From assembly GCA_030141605.1 (NCBI GenBank), contig JAQGDQ010000185.1:186001-250000 (forward strand): a stretch of 64,000 nucleotides of DNA, written 5' to 3'. The notes under the pieces are model-generated. The model did no database searches and was not told the DNA's origin. It saw nothing but the letters and a program-made list of their open reading frames with translations. Made by a program: the position numbers and the translations under genes. Below are positions 11,421 to 24,100 of this stretch, piece after piece (position 1 is the stretch's first letter; each line of letters starts with the position of its first letter). Source of the DNA: Tubiluchus corallicola (lineage: Eukaryota; Animalia; Priapulida).

Positions 11421-12469
11421 TAATGATCAATCATTCACTGTAGATTTTGTTCATTTATTGTTACAACGATAGCTAAGCCTTCACATGTTTAATATTTTCT
11501 CAAATTGATTAATTTTTATCACACACTCGTTATATTGTAAAGAGCGCTTCAATTATATCGCGAGTTAAAAATGTGTACGTTACACGTAATATACGCTACG
11601 TAATCTGATTACGAACCACAAGCAAACGAATTAAGTATTTAACTTATAATACCTGAGCACACAAAATTATCTGGTGCGGCAAAAACACGTACAATCGTTC
11701 AAATGGAAGCTATACAAATCAGCTCAATTGTAACGCGTTTCTCGCACAACACAGAACAAACTGAACAGCAGTACACAACTATTGAATATAATTTCAGCAC
11801 TTTTGTATTATTAACAAATTTTTCGGGCTGCCAACAGTAAAAGATTGCCCACAATTATCATGAATTATAGACGTGTAATGGTATTATGCGTGCGCACCAT
11901 TCACCAAATGCCTTAACAAATGCCAGAAAAAAGGCACCACTTGCCAAAAAAGAAGACCGCTTACTTTTTACATACGGAAGTAAACCGCAGATGATATGCA
12001 AAGAAAGTTCTCTCTAGAGGCACGGCAAGCCACCAACGCTCGATTCAACACCTATACCTGTACTCAGGCCTCATAACTCTCGCCTAGGACGATAATTATT
12101 TCAGGCTAGCTGGTGAAAGAAGATAGGAACCACGGGCGGTTGAAAAAAGAAAGTTTACTAGTGTCTTCGGACACTTTGCTTGGCTGATTTAGTAGTGCAG
12201 TCAATGACCTTTGCGGCAGCGTACGGAAGTGAAGAACGCGGTACGCAGTCTATTGGTAAGTACTTGATAACTGTGCTCACTACCTGTCTGTCAACGCGGA
12301 GTGGACACGGTTGAAGACAACGCCTTAAATAGGAACTTTCTCTGCCAAGGGGTGTGACAAATCGACTGCAAGCAACCATCATGCCAGCGAAAGTTCGAGG
12401 CCACATACAAATAAACTGATTTTGTTTATTTATAATCTGAATTCCAAAATTATATTTTATTAATAATGG

Positions 12470-12862
12470 CATTATCCCACAATTATGCAATTTTTGAAAT
12501 TAGATTCGCTCAAAAAGAAGGAAATGTGAAAACTTAGTTCTGAACCTGGAACTGAACCAGGGGCTTTAAGACTGCAAGTTCAAGGTTCTTTCCACTATAG
12601 ACTACATTGCTTCTCGTTATCGCGGCAAGTCTTAACTCACTCCTTATAGTTCACAAACAAACATTTTGAAATGTTAAGTCGCTTGCATAGCGATAAGAAT
12701 CGAAGTAAACCCCCAATCACAAGGGTCTGAGTAGTCTAGTGGTCACCGTGTTAGATAAGCAACCCGAAGCTCTTCGGTTCAAGTCCAGATTCAGTTATGT
12801 TTTTCAAAATCATTTTCTTCTTTTTGGACAAATTTTGTTCAAAGCTTGAATAATTGTGTGTT
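12470..12862. mobile_element. Head-to-head pair of tRNA-derived SINE-like units forming an imperfect palindrome
   Basis: Minus unit about 12540-12610 (A box TAGTCTATAGTGG, B box GGTTCAGTTCC). Plus unit about 12725-12795 (A box TAGTCTAGTGG, B box GGTTCAAGTCC). Outer tails are reverse-complement similar (CACAATTATGCAATTTTTGAA..CAAAAAGAAGGAAATG vs CACAATTATTCAAGCTTTGAA..CAAAAAGAAGAAAATG). Confidence 0.65.
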
Positions 12863-13294
12863 CACTTCGTGATAAGTAATGACTTTAATTTTACTTTTAC
12901 TTATTATTTATTTATTTTATACAGTATTTACACCCTGCCCGTCCTATCATTTCTTCCCGGGGAAGTTTTACTGCCATTGCATCTTTTCCTTGTTTAAAAT
13001 TGTTTAACTCTAGGACCTGTCTTTTTAGTATTTAGTATATTTGAATTAGATGCTTACAATTTTTTGAAACTTGACTGCAAAACTAACAGCTTGAAGAAGA
13101 ACAAAAAATTGAAAATGTCTTCACAAAATATAAATGTAAAACTGTAATTTTTTGTTTGTCTTTCTTTTTTGTGCTGAAATATTAGCTCGTATAAGTATAT
13201 AATCTTTATAGGCAGACTGAAGTTTCACTGGCCACCAGAAAACAAAGGTTAAATTACGCTTATTTACAAAGGAATAAAAAGCTTGAAGAAAAGT

Positions 13295-13530
13295 GAGAAG
13301 TAATACATCTGAATGGTCATCGGTACGAAGTTAGGTAACACCGAGCTTAGCTAGTAAATGGATTGATGACTTAAGGAAGACTGATCCTTCCAGCAATTTC
13401 ACGGCCCGAATATTTCACGTTAAAAGATGCTGTATAGAATCAGAGTGGCCACGATATTAAATAATGTATACGTCAAAGATGGCCAAATAAGATATCTCTA
13501 CCTTGTCTGACATCGGAGGATTTGATTGTA
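13295..13530 (+). mobile_element. 5S rRNA-derived (SINE3-like) element remnant
   Basis: 13326-13371 CGAAGTTAGGTAACACCGAGCTTAGCTAGTAAATGGATTGATGACT aligns by eye with the 5S internal control region GGAAGCTAAGCAGGGTCGGGCCTGGTTAGTACTTGGATGGGAGACC. Too diverged to be a 5S gene; boundaries approximate. Confidence 0.5.
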
Positions 13531-16282
13531 CTAGATAAAACTAAATTTTAGTCTTAGAATTCTCACAAAAATCAACATTAGGTGCCCTGAATTAAGTGGT
13601 GCATACCTGCTTGAAGTGTTCCGAAATGCATAAAAAAAATTCTAAAGGGTTGCTTTCAAAATTAATTCGGCAGACAAATGCGTTTTTTTGCGTTGAAAAT
13701 ACGCATATTTAACAGGTAAGTTCACCTTGTTTTGTATAGTGTTTAAACAGTACATTTATCAGCTTTGGAACCACTAAGCTTCAAAACTGAAATTGGTGCC
13801 ATGTTAAAAGGAACTCGCAAATCTCACTATTTTTTTCAAGAGTACTAGGACTTCAGCGGATTAAGTTCGTCTATACTGGTTGTAACACAATTCAGTATAT
13901 CACTATGCAAACATTGCATATGCACAATGGTGGCATCGGTTTCCACGTTCAAGCCAAAAAATCAAAGCCGGTTATTGTTTTCAAGGTTACTTGATCAATT
14001 TTGATAACACATAGGTCTTGGAGCAGTTTAATGCATTCTTTGTACCGCACTAACCTGCTGATCAAATTCATAGCCTCATATTTTTATAGAGCTCAAAGGA
14101 AAATTTCTGGAAAAATTTAAATAAAATATGTTGAAATAAGAATGAGCATTCGGAAAGATCTCATCTGCACTTTTACTAGTTCAGTCACATTATTAAATTG
14201 CTTTTTAAAGAGTTTTTCTACTACAAAGCTTACAAACTACAATAATTTTGCTTTATTAGACGTATAATAATTCCTTCTTAGAATACTGAATGGCTAGTTT
14301 GGAATATTAGTCAATTTGCCAACTTAGTTTCAGCATCTCTGATGCAAAAACATCAGGACGAGGACAACGATATGCGTCTCCACATTTTAGTCCACTATGT
14401 TTGATTCTTTGGCTATACATATATTCTCCTAGTTTAATTCAATTCAGTTTGTTAAACTAATGCAAAACCTGTACAGCCAAAGATCAATAGACAAAAAATT
14501 AAACATTAAGAATGTATACAAAAATGGATACAAAAACGTGGAAATATTGAGACATGTGTTCGAAACAAAAAGACTAGAAGTGAAAGATTAGCCACAGAGC
14601 AAAACCCAGTAGATGGAAAATTCATAACAAGTGCACTATACGGTGTAAAATATGTTTACTTAATATTAATGGCTACTAAGCCTAGCTAAGTGGATTTATT
14701 CTAAATCTAAACATGCGATTAATGAACGCGAGAATTCAACGAGTTTTTCAAATAGTTTTAAAACTACATCAACTCAACTGTTAAACAAAAGACGAGAAAG
14801 GAATGATTGATTTCGTTTTCCTAAGGTTGGGCCTCTAGCAGTAATTACCTCTAGCGGCAAGTTGTCCGGATTACGGAAGAGCAGGTGAATACAATACAGC
14901 TATATAATTAACTACTAAGTAGGTTTACGATAGAGTGATTTTTAGGTAAAACGGAACTTGATTATTCTGAACGGTAGGTAGCGACAGACAAAATTAGGTT
15001 CACGCAGTACAGAAAGTAATTAATGAAGAATATGTAGTGGGCGTATATACTTCACTATATTTTTATAGCAATGCATGGATAATTATTATTGAAATAAATA
15101 AATTTTAATGAGGAATTTGTATAGAATTTGAATTTTTATTGGGACTTTATTTTATTATAGTATAATCAGTTATCTCAACAACCCGAAACTTTATTATATG
15201 TCTTACGATATTGTTGTATTACAGCTTTGTCGGGTAGTTAATATCGCTACCGTACTTCATGCCTTTTCTTAAACGCTTTATGAACGGTAATGTGGTAGGT
15301 CGTGTTACCTTACTCAGTGCCACACTGACAGTCATACGTGTTGGCTTTCGAGTTACAAAAGTAAAAATAAATGATCTCGTACATTAGAGGTTGTAAATAA
15401 ATCGAGCAAGTTACGTTTTTTTACTGAATCATTGAAAGGAGTAATTATGTTGTTGAAAATTTCGATCCTTCACCATTTCGGGAAGAGTTTTCGGGAAACA
15501 GGTTAGCTTGCTAGTAATTCTATTATACTCTAATCAATCTAATCTTATACTAAGCACATTTTAGTAGAAAAAGTACGGCAGTCTTTATTAGTCATAAGTC
15601 GTACAAGAATGAAGAAGAAGAAGAACTATTAACCATGAAGTATAAAAGAAGCAGTTGTCCCTGGCATGACTATATAATGATTTTGGCAGTCACTGATTCA
15701 TCAAGTGGATTGGTCTGTTTCTCTTTTACATTCTCGTGTGAATCTAATCTACATTTTCACCATGATCACATTCCGCACTAGTCATTGCCGTTTCCTTACC
15801 CTCATATCACCCTGGTATTTCATTCTCCTTGCTTATTTTATTTTGTATATTCTACACGTTTTCGTTCCATTTTGCCTTCTACTCAGACCTGGACAAGTTT
15901 ACCTTTCTGGCCTGAGCTGATATCTCAATATCTGATGTAACTTTAATTTTCGTTTTGTTTGTAGCAGTAATAGCTTTTATTGTAATCTCTGTAACAATGT
16001 ATGGCATATTGGAAAAAAATAAACAAAGCAAATAAACTAAATCTTATTAGTTGTTATTGTTATAATAGCTTTGAATCTATCTTTGTGTGTATCAGCTTAC
16101 ACAATTATATACATTGTGTAAATCTGTGTATGAAGAATTGCTTTAGCAGGCCAAAAATATTATGTGGGTAAGAAGTTGTTTTTGCATAGGTTTTAAATTG
16201 AATGACGAAATTGTACAGTCTCTATTTTATTTTACTCAATTATTGCTTTTCATTGGTTAATTCCTGCATATCTTGGGTAGAT

Positions 16283-16652
16283 TAATGAGGCGTAAATCGA
16301 ATCAAATTTGTGACTTTCGAATCCGAACCGAATTTCAGTATTTCGAATTTCGGTGATTGAAAGATTTTCGAACAAGTTTTCGAACCACAGGTAAAAATTG
16401 GTCTTACAAAGATCATGCATATTACTCAATTTTGTTGTGCAGTATAACCAATAATAATTTGTTTAAAAACTGTGCACAAAAATCACGGCTAAATTGTGCT
16501 AATTCCATGTTGTTTCAAATGCTTTCAATGTTAAAGAACATATGTGATTGAAGTGCTGAATTATTCGAATCTATAGTTTTAGATTGAATCGAATTCGTAC
16601 TAAAAACTCGTTCAAATTCGATTCGAACTCGAACGTTCGATGCTCACCTCTA
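16283..16652. mobile_element. hAT-like MITE remnant with subterminal TTCGAA repeats
   Basis: Clusters of (A/T)TCGAA at both ends; right terminus reads TAGAGGTGAGCATCGAAC on the minus strand; left terminus degenerate; no clear TSD. Confidence 0.5.
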
Positions 16653-16843
16653 TTGCTTAATTGAATGATGATGATGATTAGTTATTATACTATTGATGCT
16701 TTATTAACCAAATGCTGTTTCTAAACAAAATTCACTGACAGACAGCTACATGAAGAAAAATTTGGATAATTATGACCACACACCAGTACGGCAAACTCCA
16801 TGTGTTCGTGTAGAATTATCGTTCGCACACCGAGTCGATTGCG

Positions 16844-16858
16844 CGCGGCAGATTTGAA
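16844..16858 (+). promoter_or_regulatory. CDE/CHR tandem element (CGCGG-N4-TTTGAA), candidate LRRCC1 promoter
   Basis: GCGCGCGG CAGA TTTGAA in a locally CpG-rich patch 1.2 kb upstream of the ATG; a possible donor G|GTCAGT at 17011/17012 and acceptor at 18043-18044 suggest a non-coding first exon. Confidence 0.55.
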
Positions 16859-18065
16859 AGAAGCTTAAACAGCCCTAACCCTGCTAAAATCACAAAGTTG
16901 CCCTTGTATGTTAGTGAAAATTAAAGCTTATAAAAGTTTTATTAATAATTCAACGGCTATTTACTAAATACTGCTAAAACAAAAAATTATTAAACTAGAC
17001 CATAACTGCTGGTCAGTTGTGCCATCGTGAATTTACTCCGGTTTAATGATCAGTAGGCAATTAATGAAAATCTAGTAATAGATTTACGACAGTAAAACAG
17101 GGTTTTAATGATTGATCAAGAAAAGCAGATTGAAATGTTTATTATAGAAAAATTTTAAGATAAGATGGCCACTCAAAAATGAAGATTTATACACTAGAAC
17201 TAAATAATTGGTTCAAACTCATTGGAGTTCAAACGTTAAGCTCTGAAGATTAAAATTGTTATGATATCTTCTCAGATTACCCAGTGAAACACCAGCAAGA
17301 TTTACCTTAAAAGAGGCTTTGTAAAAAAACCACGTAGCAAACTAAACAAAGCAAAAACAACTTGGAAAGCTAACTAAAATCAACAATTTCAACCAAATCT
17401 AGCGTTCGGAGCAGAATAACTTCTAAAGGCCCTTTATAGCTGCAGATAGGAGTACGTGGAATGCATAAAAATGGTAATACTTCATTGTCTACAAGAGGCA
17501 GAATGAGAACTAATGTAACTATCTACCACTGTGCCAATTTTCGTCTTTCTAATTGTAAAACAGTGAAAACTTGGTCAACAAATTTGAAAAAATAATTTTT
17601 GCACAAATAAGATCATGAATTAAATCTCAACTTCTGAGCAAGTGTCGCAGTACATTTTGTTTTGCAACTTTTCTCATTAATTTTCATTAACATTAACACA
17701 AGTTTTTACTTTATTTATTTATTTATTTCACTGCATGTTTTTAATTTCATCACTAAAATTTATAGCTAAATGTATCAAATAACTTTCTGAAGTGTACATA
17801 ACTGTACGTAAGCCAAATTAGCCATTTGACCAAATATTTAAATAATTCAAATTCCAGTTAATCTTGTTTTTGCTATGTTTGCTTGCTAATAAGTGCTTTG
17901 CATATTATTTTTAACCTATTTTACTTAAAAGTTGTGTATCACGACAGAATTCACCTTTTACGCTGTTTTGCTTTGTCTAGAAATTAACAATGTACATGTA
18001 TGGGTGTTTTCATATTTGAAATCTAGTGCTATTATTGTTATTAGGCAAACAAGTAATGAGTTGTG

Positions 18066-18180
18066 ATGCATTTATCCTACATTGATGCGGGATTGGAATC
18101 AATAGAGGAGGTTAGTTCCTCCTTTCCACCTTTTTTGCAATCACTCAACATGCATTGTAATCAGCTAACTGAAATCACAG
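18066..18180 (+). CDS. LRRCC1: LRRCC1 coding exon 1
   Basis: ATG after in-frame stops; GTATGA donor; MHLSYIDAGLESIEEV... Confidence 0.8.
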
Positions 18181-21100
18181 GTATGACTGCATGTATAATT
18201 CTTCTATGTACATGTTTTCTAATGACTGCAGACAGCTCTAGAATCAAATTTAATCATTCAATCATTTATAAAAATTATTTGTTAAATGACTCACATTTAT
18301 GTAAGTCATGTAAGTCATTGTTAAATGCTTATAATACCATCCATGGACTTATTGCATAGGCATATTAACTTCTAACAGAGATATACTAATGATATTATGT
18401 CAAGTTATTCTCAACACCTTTTGCTAGATGCATAACATCATGTTGAATGACATTTTTCTTATTTTTCTTCCATATTTATTTCAGGACTGAACAGTTTTTG
18501 CCATCTCACTCATCTAGATTTATCAGCAAATCAAATCACAATTATGAAAAATTTGGACTGCTTACTTGGACTTCAAGTATTAAATCTTGCTTGTAATCTC
18601 ATTGAAGTGGTTGAAGGCTTAAAAAGCCTCAGGTATATTTATTTTTGTGTTTAAAAGATTTGTGATTAAAAAATTGCACTTTACGTAGGCAATATATAAT
18701 ATGTAGTGTGCAATAATTAGTTTAAATTTACTATGTATTGTATGTGTGGAAATATGTATCACTGTTATTCATTGTAAGGACTTAATTAACTTATAAGTCA
18801 ACAACATCCCATTTGCTTAGTTTACTATACATATTAATTTTTTATTTTTAGAACATGTTTATAATACGTTAATAAATATTATTCTATTGAAATCATAAGG
18901 ATGTTCGTATTTTCTTTAGACAGTTTGAGCTGTTGTGAATCTATTAACCAGCATTCAGTGGCAGCAGCATGTACTTACCATGTTTATAGTTATGGCAGTA
19001 CTGGAATCTTGCTCATTAACAAATACGATGCTTTATATAAGAACCTAACCAGCAGAGGTCAGTTAGCTGTGTTCAGATAAATGTACATCCTTCCTCTACA
19101 AAAGTAACATGGTAGGCAGACCGACTGAAAACAATTTTCTTAACTATCATTGACCTTGTCAGCTAAACATAACACCTGACTTATGGATATCTGTATTTCT
19201 TGGTAGACAGTAATGCTGCTTAGCATTTCTTTACTGCATCACACACATATGTACATATATTTCTTTTGTGCCAAAATTTTTCTATTCAATTTTTAGGCAG
19301 TTGAGTTATCTAAATCTTTCTTACAATAAAGTGAAAGATGTCAGCGGGTTAGCACTCATGCATGGGCACAGATACAAACTGTCCATGTTGCGTCTCCATG
19401 GAAACAATTTGCAAAGTGTCAGCGACATGGTCAAGAGTCTCCAAGGAATTATAAGTTTGCACAATCTGGTACTTCAGTATGATGGAGCAAAAAATCCAGT
19501 TTGTGAAATACCCGGTAACTTTTGTCATTTTTTACTCCTGCTTTTACTGCACTCTAGTTTCTTCATTAAATATTTTTAGTGAATTTATTTGATTATCTAC
19601 AGTTTGGCAAAGGTACACCTATAAGTAATCGATGTATGCAGAAAGAAGCCAGTTATAGTGCTTTCATTTATTAACAGGCTTTACAACTAGTCAGTCTACT
19701 ATCAAACTTGGCATATACAAGTTGTCATTTAAGAAACACACTAATCCGAATACTGAGATATGACCCTTCAAATTGAAAACTTGACATATCTTTGATATGC
19801 AGCTAAAACCAGTTGCATATGGAAATGGAGTGGAAGCATTTGAGATTCAATAGAGTATGATTTATTTTTGTTTGGCAGAATATAGGCAGAAGTTGCTCCT
19901 GTCTCTGCCACAGCTAACATCACTGGATCGGATAGATAGAGCTGGGACACTAGTACCTGATTCGATGTCAATGCAGATTCAGTGCGGTATAATAATCATA
20001 AGTTTGTAAGCTAATCTAAGCCATTCTACTTGCCAGCTAATCTGAACTTTATTTAGTGGCCCAAAAATTGGAAAATTTTGTTGCACACTAATTCATTTTT
20101 TTGGTTCTGAAAGGTCCCCAAAAAAGCAGGGTCTGTGAATTATGTCCAGTAGTAACATTAATAGGTTTCATGATGGAACGATAAGTAAGAAAGTTGTTAA
20201 AGTTTTATGTTTGTAGCTCCAAAGATATACAGTATCTCTAAACATATACTGGGTGCCAGTAAACAGCAGCCCTTCTTTCATTTCTACCTTTTTGAGAGAT
20301 TAGAATTCCTCCACCTGGACTTTTGACATCTGCTGTTGTATGTCACACCACCTGCATATAGTTGGAACAGTATGTCTTACAGTAGATAACCTTGCTCAAA
20401 GGTGGTGCTGACACCTGCTTTAACCAACCTTTTTCGAATAATTGTATTGTAGGTTAAAGTTACCTGATATTGTATTATTAACTTCTAACCGTTTTCAAGG
20501 AATTGTTTTGGACGAGAAAACTGACGATTCTCCACCTGCTATTAGAAGTAACTTAACCCTTGGCGCAAAAGAAACTACAGAGAGTTTGCATGGAGATGTA
20601 CATAATGTAAGTAACTAATTAAATAAAAGAAATGAAGGTGAAACTAATAATGTGCATGCCAAATGCTCAATTGCTTACAGTATCAAAATGCTGAGAAAAT
20701 AACTGGGAGGAGTTTACAATTCCCCACACAATTTAAGTACAGAAACCCTAATCCTAGTCCTAACCCTAACCCCAAACCTAACTCTAACCCTAACTGAACC
20801 CTAATCCTAATCTGCTTCACAAACTGATTTCTTGTGTGTGGGGAATAGTAAACTTTAGCCAAATAACTTAATACTCGTAGATCTACATTGGCAATTTTGT
20901 CATATGTGTTTTAATTTAAAGTCAAATTGATTTGAATGTGATAATAATTTTTTAGGAATATATTTTACGTAATGTACATTATATTATTTATTCTATAGTG
21001 TTATTACATTGAAGTTAATGATTCAGTTTTTGTTGTATTTTATTGACTATAATTAAAGTTATTTTACAAATTAAAATTTAAGCTAAACAAGAGACATTGT

Positions 21101-24100
21101 ATTTATTAATTTTCTATATCTTCTCCATTAAAATTTTTGTATATATTTATGTTACCCATCTATTTATTGTATATTAATAACTGCAGTTCACTTTCTATTA
21201 TGCTAAATATTATATGTATTATGATATTATATTATATATTATATTAAACCTTATTGACTGATATAAGATTATAAGAGTAAAATAAACCATAATGGTTTAT
21301 AAAGCTTCTAGTAATCATAGTCATAAACTAAATAATTAATGGTATCATTAGTTGCCAGCCAATTTGAGAAGATTGTTGATACCATAAGTATCTCCCTACT
21401 GTCTTGGGTTCAGGTGATGCTGTTGGATTTTGTGCTATAAAAAGAAAACCCCAGGCCTGCTCTGTCAAGTTGACTGTTACCTCATCAGGCAGAATGTGGG
21501 AGACTAATCCCAGATCTTGGGTTCAAATCCTGACTAGTACACAATTATTCAGCATCTCCTTTCTTTCTCCAACTCATTACCGGCAATGGGTAATAATTGT
21601 TAAAATGAACCCTGCTGGTTTATAAACATTCGGGCAATCACAGTCATAAAGTAATGAATTAGTGATATATTATTGTTTCTTTTATTGTAGGCAAATTATA
21701 ACAGTTGCATGAATCGCCATGCCGAGGAACGAATAGCAAAGCTTGAGAGTCAGCTAGCAAGTTTGCTTTCAGCTCGGATGCTTCCAGAATCATACGCCAG
21801 GTCCTCTCTGCCTGTCTGTTTAGAGAAACAGGAGTATTCCTTTACAAACACCTCAGTACCTTGCACAATGCTCACTAGCTCACAAATGGGTTTAGTGTCG
21901 AATGATAGATCATGTTCTTTAATTAGCTCTGCTACTGATGCAACGCATGTCAGTGCTGTCTGCCGAGATGCAACCCCAAATTCAACGAACAAACTCTCTT
22001 CAGCTACCGATACTTCTTTGACCGAAACTCCTGTAAAACTTGGAAATCCGGACAAATGTACTGCATCTCCTTTACCAGCAAAACGTAACAAGTCCCGCAG
22101 TTCCAAGAAAATTAGCATGAAAAGTGCTTCTCATGATAAAAAAGAAATCGTAGTAAGAAGAAGGTCAGATCCTGAAAGACTTTCAGATAAAGTGCCCGTC
22201 TTATTGAAGGGTGAGAAAGATATAAGCCAGGATTACCATGCAGAAAGAGAGACCTCCTTGTATTTGGTTAGTATTTATTAAAACTGGTTAGAACTGCTTG
22301 ATTTATGATACATATCAAATTTAACGCAGAGATAGCAATTTTTATTTTGGCATCAAAAGCAGTTTTTCTCATTATTTTTTTTGTAATAGTCTAGGTAATG
22401 GGTAATCGAACTAATTATTTTATTTGATTTGTTACAGCTTGGATAATCTAATGTTGAATGGTTCTTTTTTACCAGCTGAAGCAATATGTAACACTTTAAT
22501 GACTTTTGATTTATTTCCTTGTATAACTGCTGTTTGAAGAGCATTGAGTATATTGACAATGGCCTCTTAGTTGGCATGTGATACATGATACGATCTGTGT
22601 AAAATATTAGTTTGCTTATTAATATCATTAAGGATTGGTAAAAACTATAAATTGATTTTTATTTTGTGCAAAACTACAGCAAATTTGTATTTGTGTAGGT
22701 TTCACAAATTCAGGCTTTCAAGTACATTTTTTCTGCAAAGATGAAACTATCTGTTCTTTCCAGTTATGCCACTTGTTAGCCCATGTTTCTGAAAGACTTA
22801 AAATATTGTGGCTTTTTATAGTGTAATGAATTTCATGCATTTTTTGCAGCATGCTTTCTCAGCAGCTAAGTCTACATTGAAAGTTTTGCTTTGACCATGT
22901 ATGTTGGCATTCCAGACATTTGATCATTTACAACAATCGAAGCACTAACCTACATTAAGAAAACCCTGAAAAATCTGCCATTTGTTTTGTTTTAGCAAAA
23001 TTATTTTGTATTTTGAAGTACTAGAGGAATTATTTATGGTATTCCGTAATATTTAGCAAGAAATGATAAAAGAAATGGAACTTGAACGTGAGAAGCGCTG
23101 GAAAGCTGAAGAAGAGAACAGAATTCTGGCAAAAAATATGCAGTCTTTTGAACAAAAAGGTATATATATTGCTCTCTGCTTTCATTACATTTGTTTTAAG
23201 ATTTAGCCTGTGCATATAATTATGAAAAAGAGCAGAATTGTTAACATGCTCATCTCACTCTCCAACACCTACATTTTCATTGCTGAATGTGTGCATTTCA
23301 AATACCCCAAAGTATGTATTTTAAAATTTTGAAATTTTTACTGCAAAGATATATAACTGAAGCTTGATGATGCATACTGTAGTTTACTTATAGATTGTTT
23401 GTGCTGTTCCAGTTTGTGATTAAAAACCACATTAGTTTAGTGAAAATGTGAAAATAAGTCTATGGTTGTTAACTATATGGTTGTTACTTCTGCAGCTTAT
23501 GAAGACATGGCATTACAAGATGCTGCTATTGAAGCCACAAGCAGGCTGAAGGAAGCCATTAATAGAGAGCGAGAAGCCAGAATGAATCTTCAGAAGGAAA
23601 TTGACCGAGTCAAGGTGCGCTATTGGTGCGCTATTGTAATTCTAGTCATGTGTCGACAATAGTGTTTTTTCATTGAGTACACTTCCGTAATGCTCTATCT
23701 CAAAGTCAAAATTAGTGAGTTAATGAATGAACGTCTTTTTGGGCCTCCAAGTAGACAGACAGTTAAAAGTGATGACGAAAAACAGTTCAGGTAATTTACG
23801 ATTTAAATGCTGAGATGCTTTAGCTCGATAATCATTGTTTTCACTTAAATGCAAGATTCAGATTATTGTTTCTTATAAGTCAAGAAAAAATTTCTACTAC
23901 TGACAAAAGCTGTGATGACTTAGTGATCTTAAATCTAAATAGTACAACTTAGGTGATTCAACAACTACTTCTTGCTACTTAGTAAATAAATGGTTTAGTA
24001 CTTGTCTTGATACGTGTCAGTGAAATGTATTTTTAGTTGCAACTTGAAGACACTCAAAGGAAGCTCTCGTTGTCAAAAGAATCAGAAGCTAAGCAGAAAG

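Noticed and set aside
11044-11472. Poly-His, poly-Ile and poly-Met ORFs
   Set aside because: By-products of the (GAT)n microsatellite.
14440-15950. Possible LINE 3' remnants on the minus strand
   Set aside because: Only vague similarity with many stops; not supportable by eye.
19678-19763. Possible LRRCC1 exon after TAACAG
   Set aside because: Hits an in-frame TGA; the LRR-cap homology is in 19879-19986.
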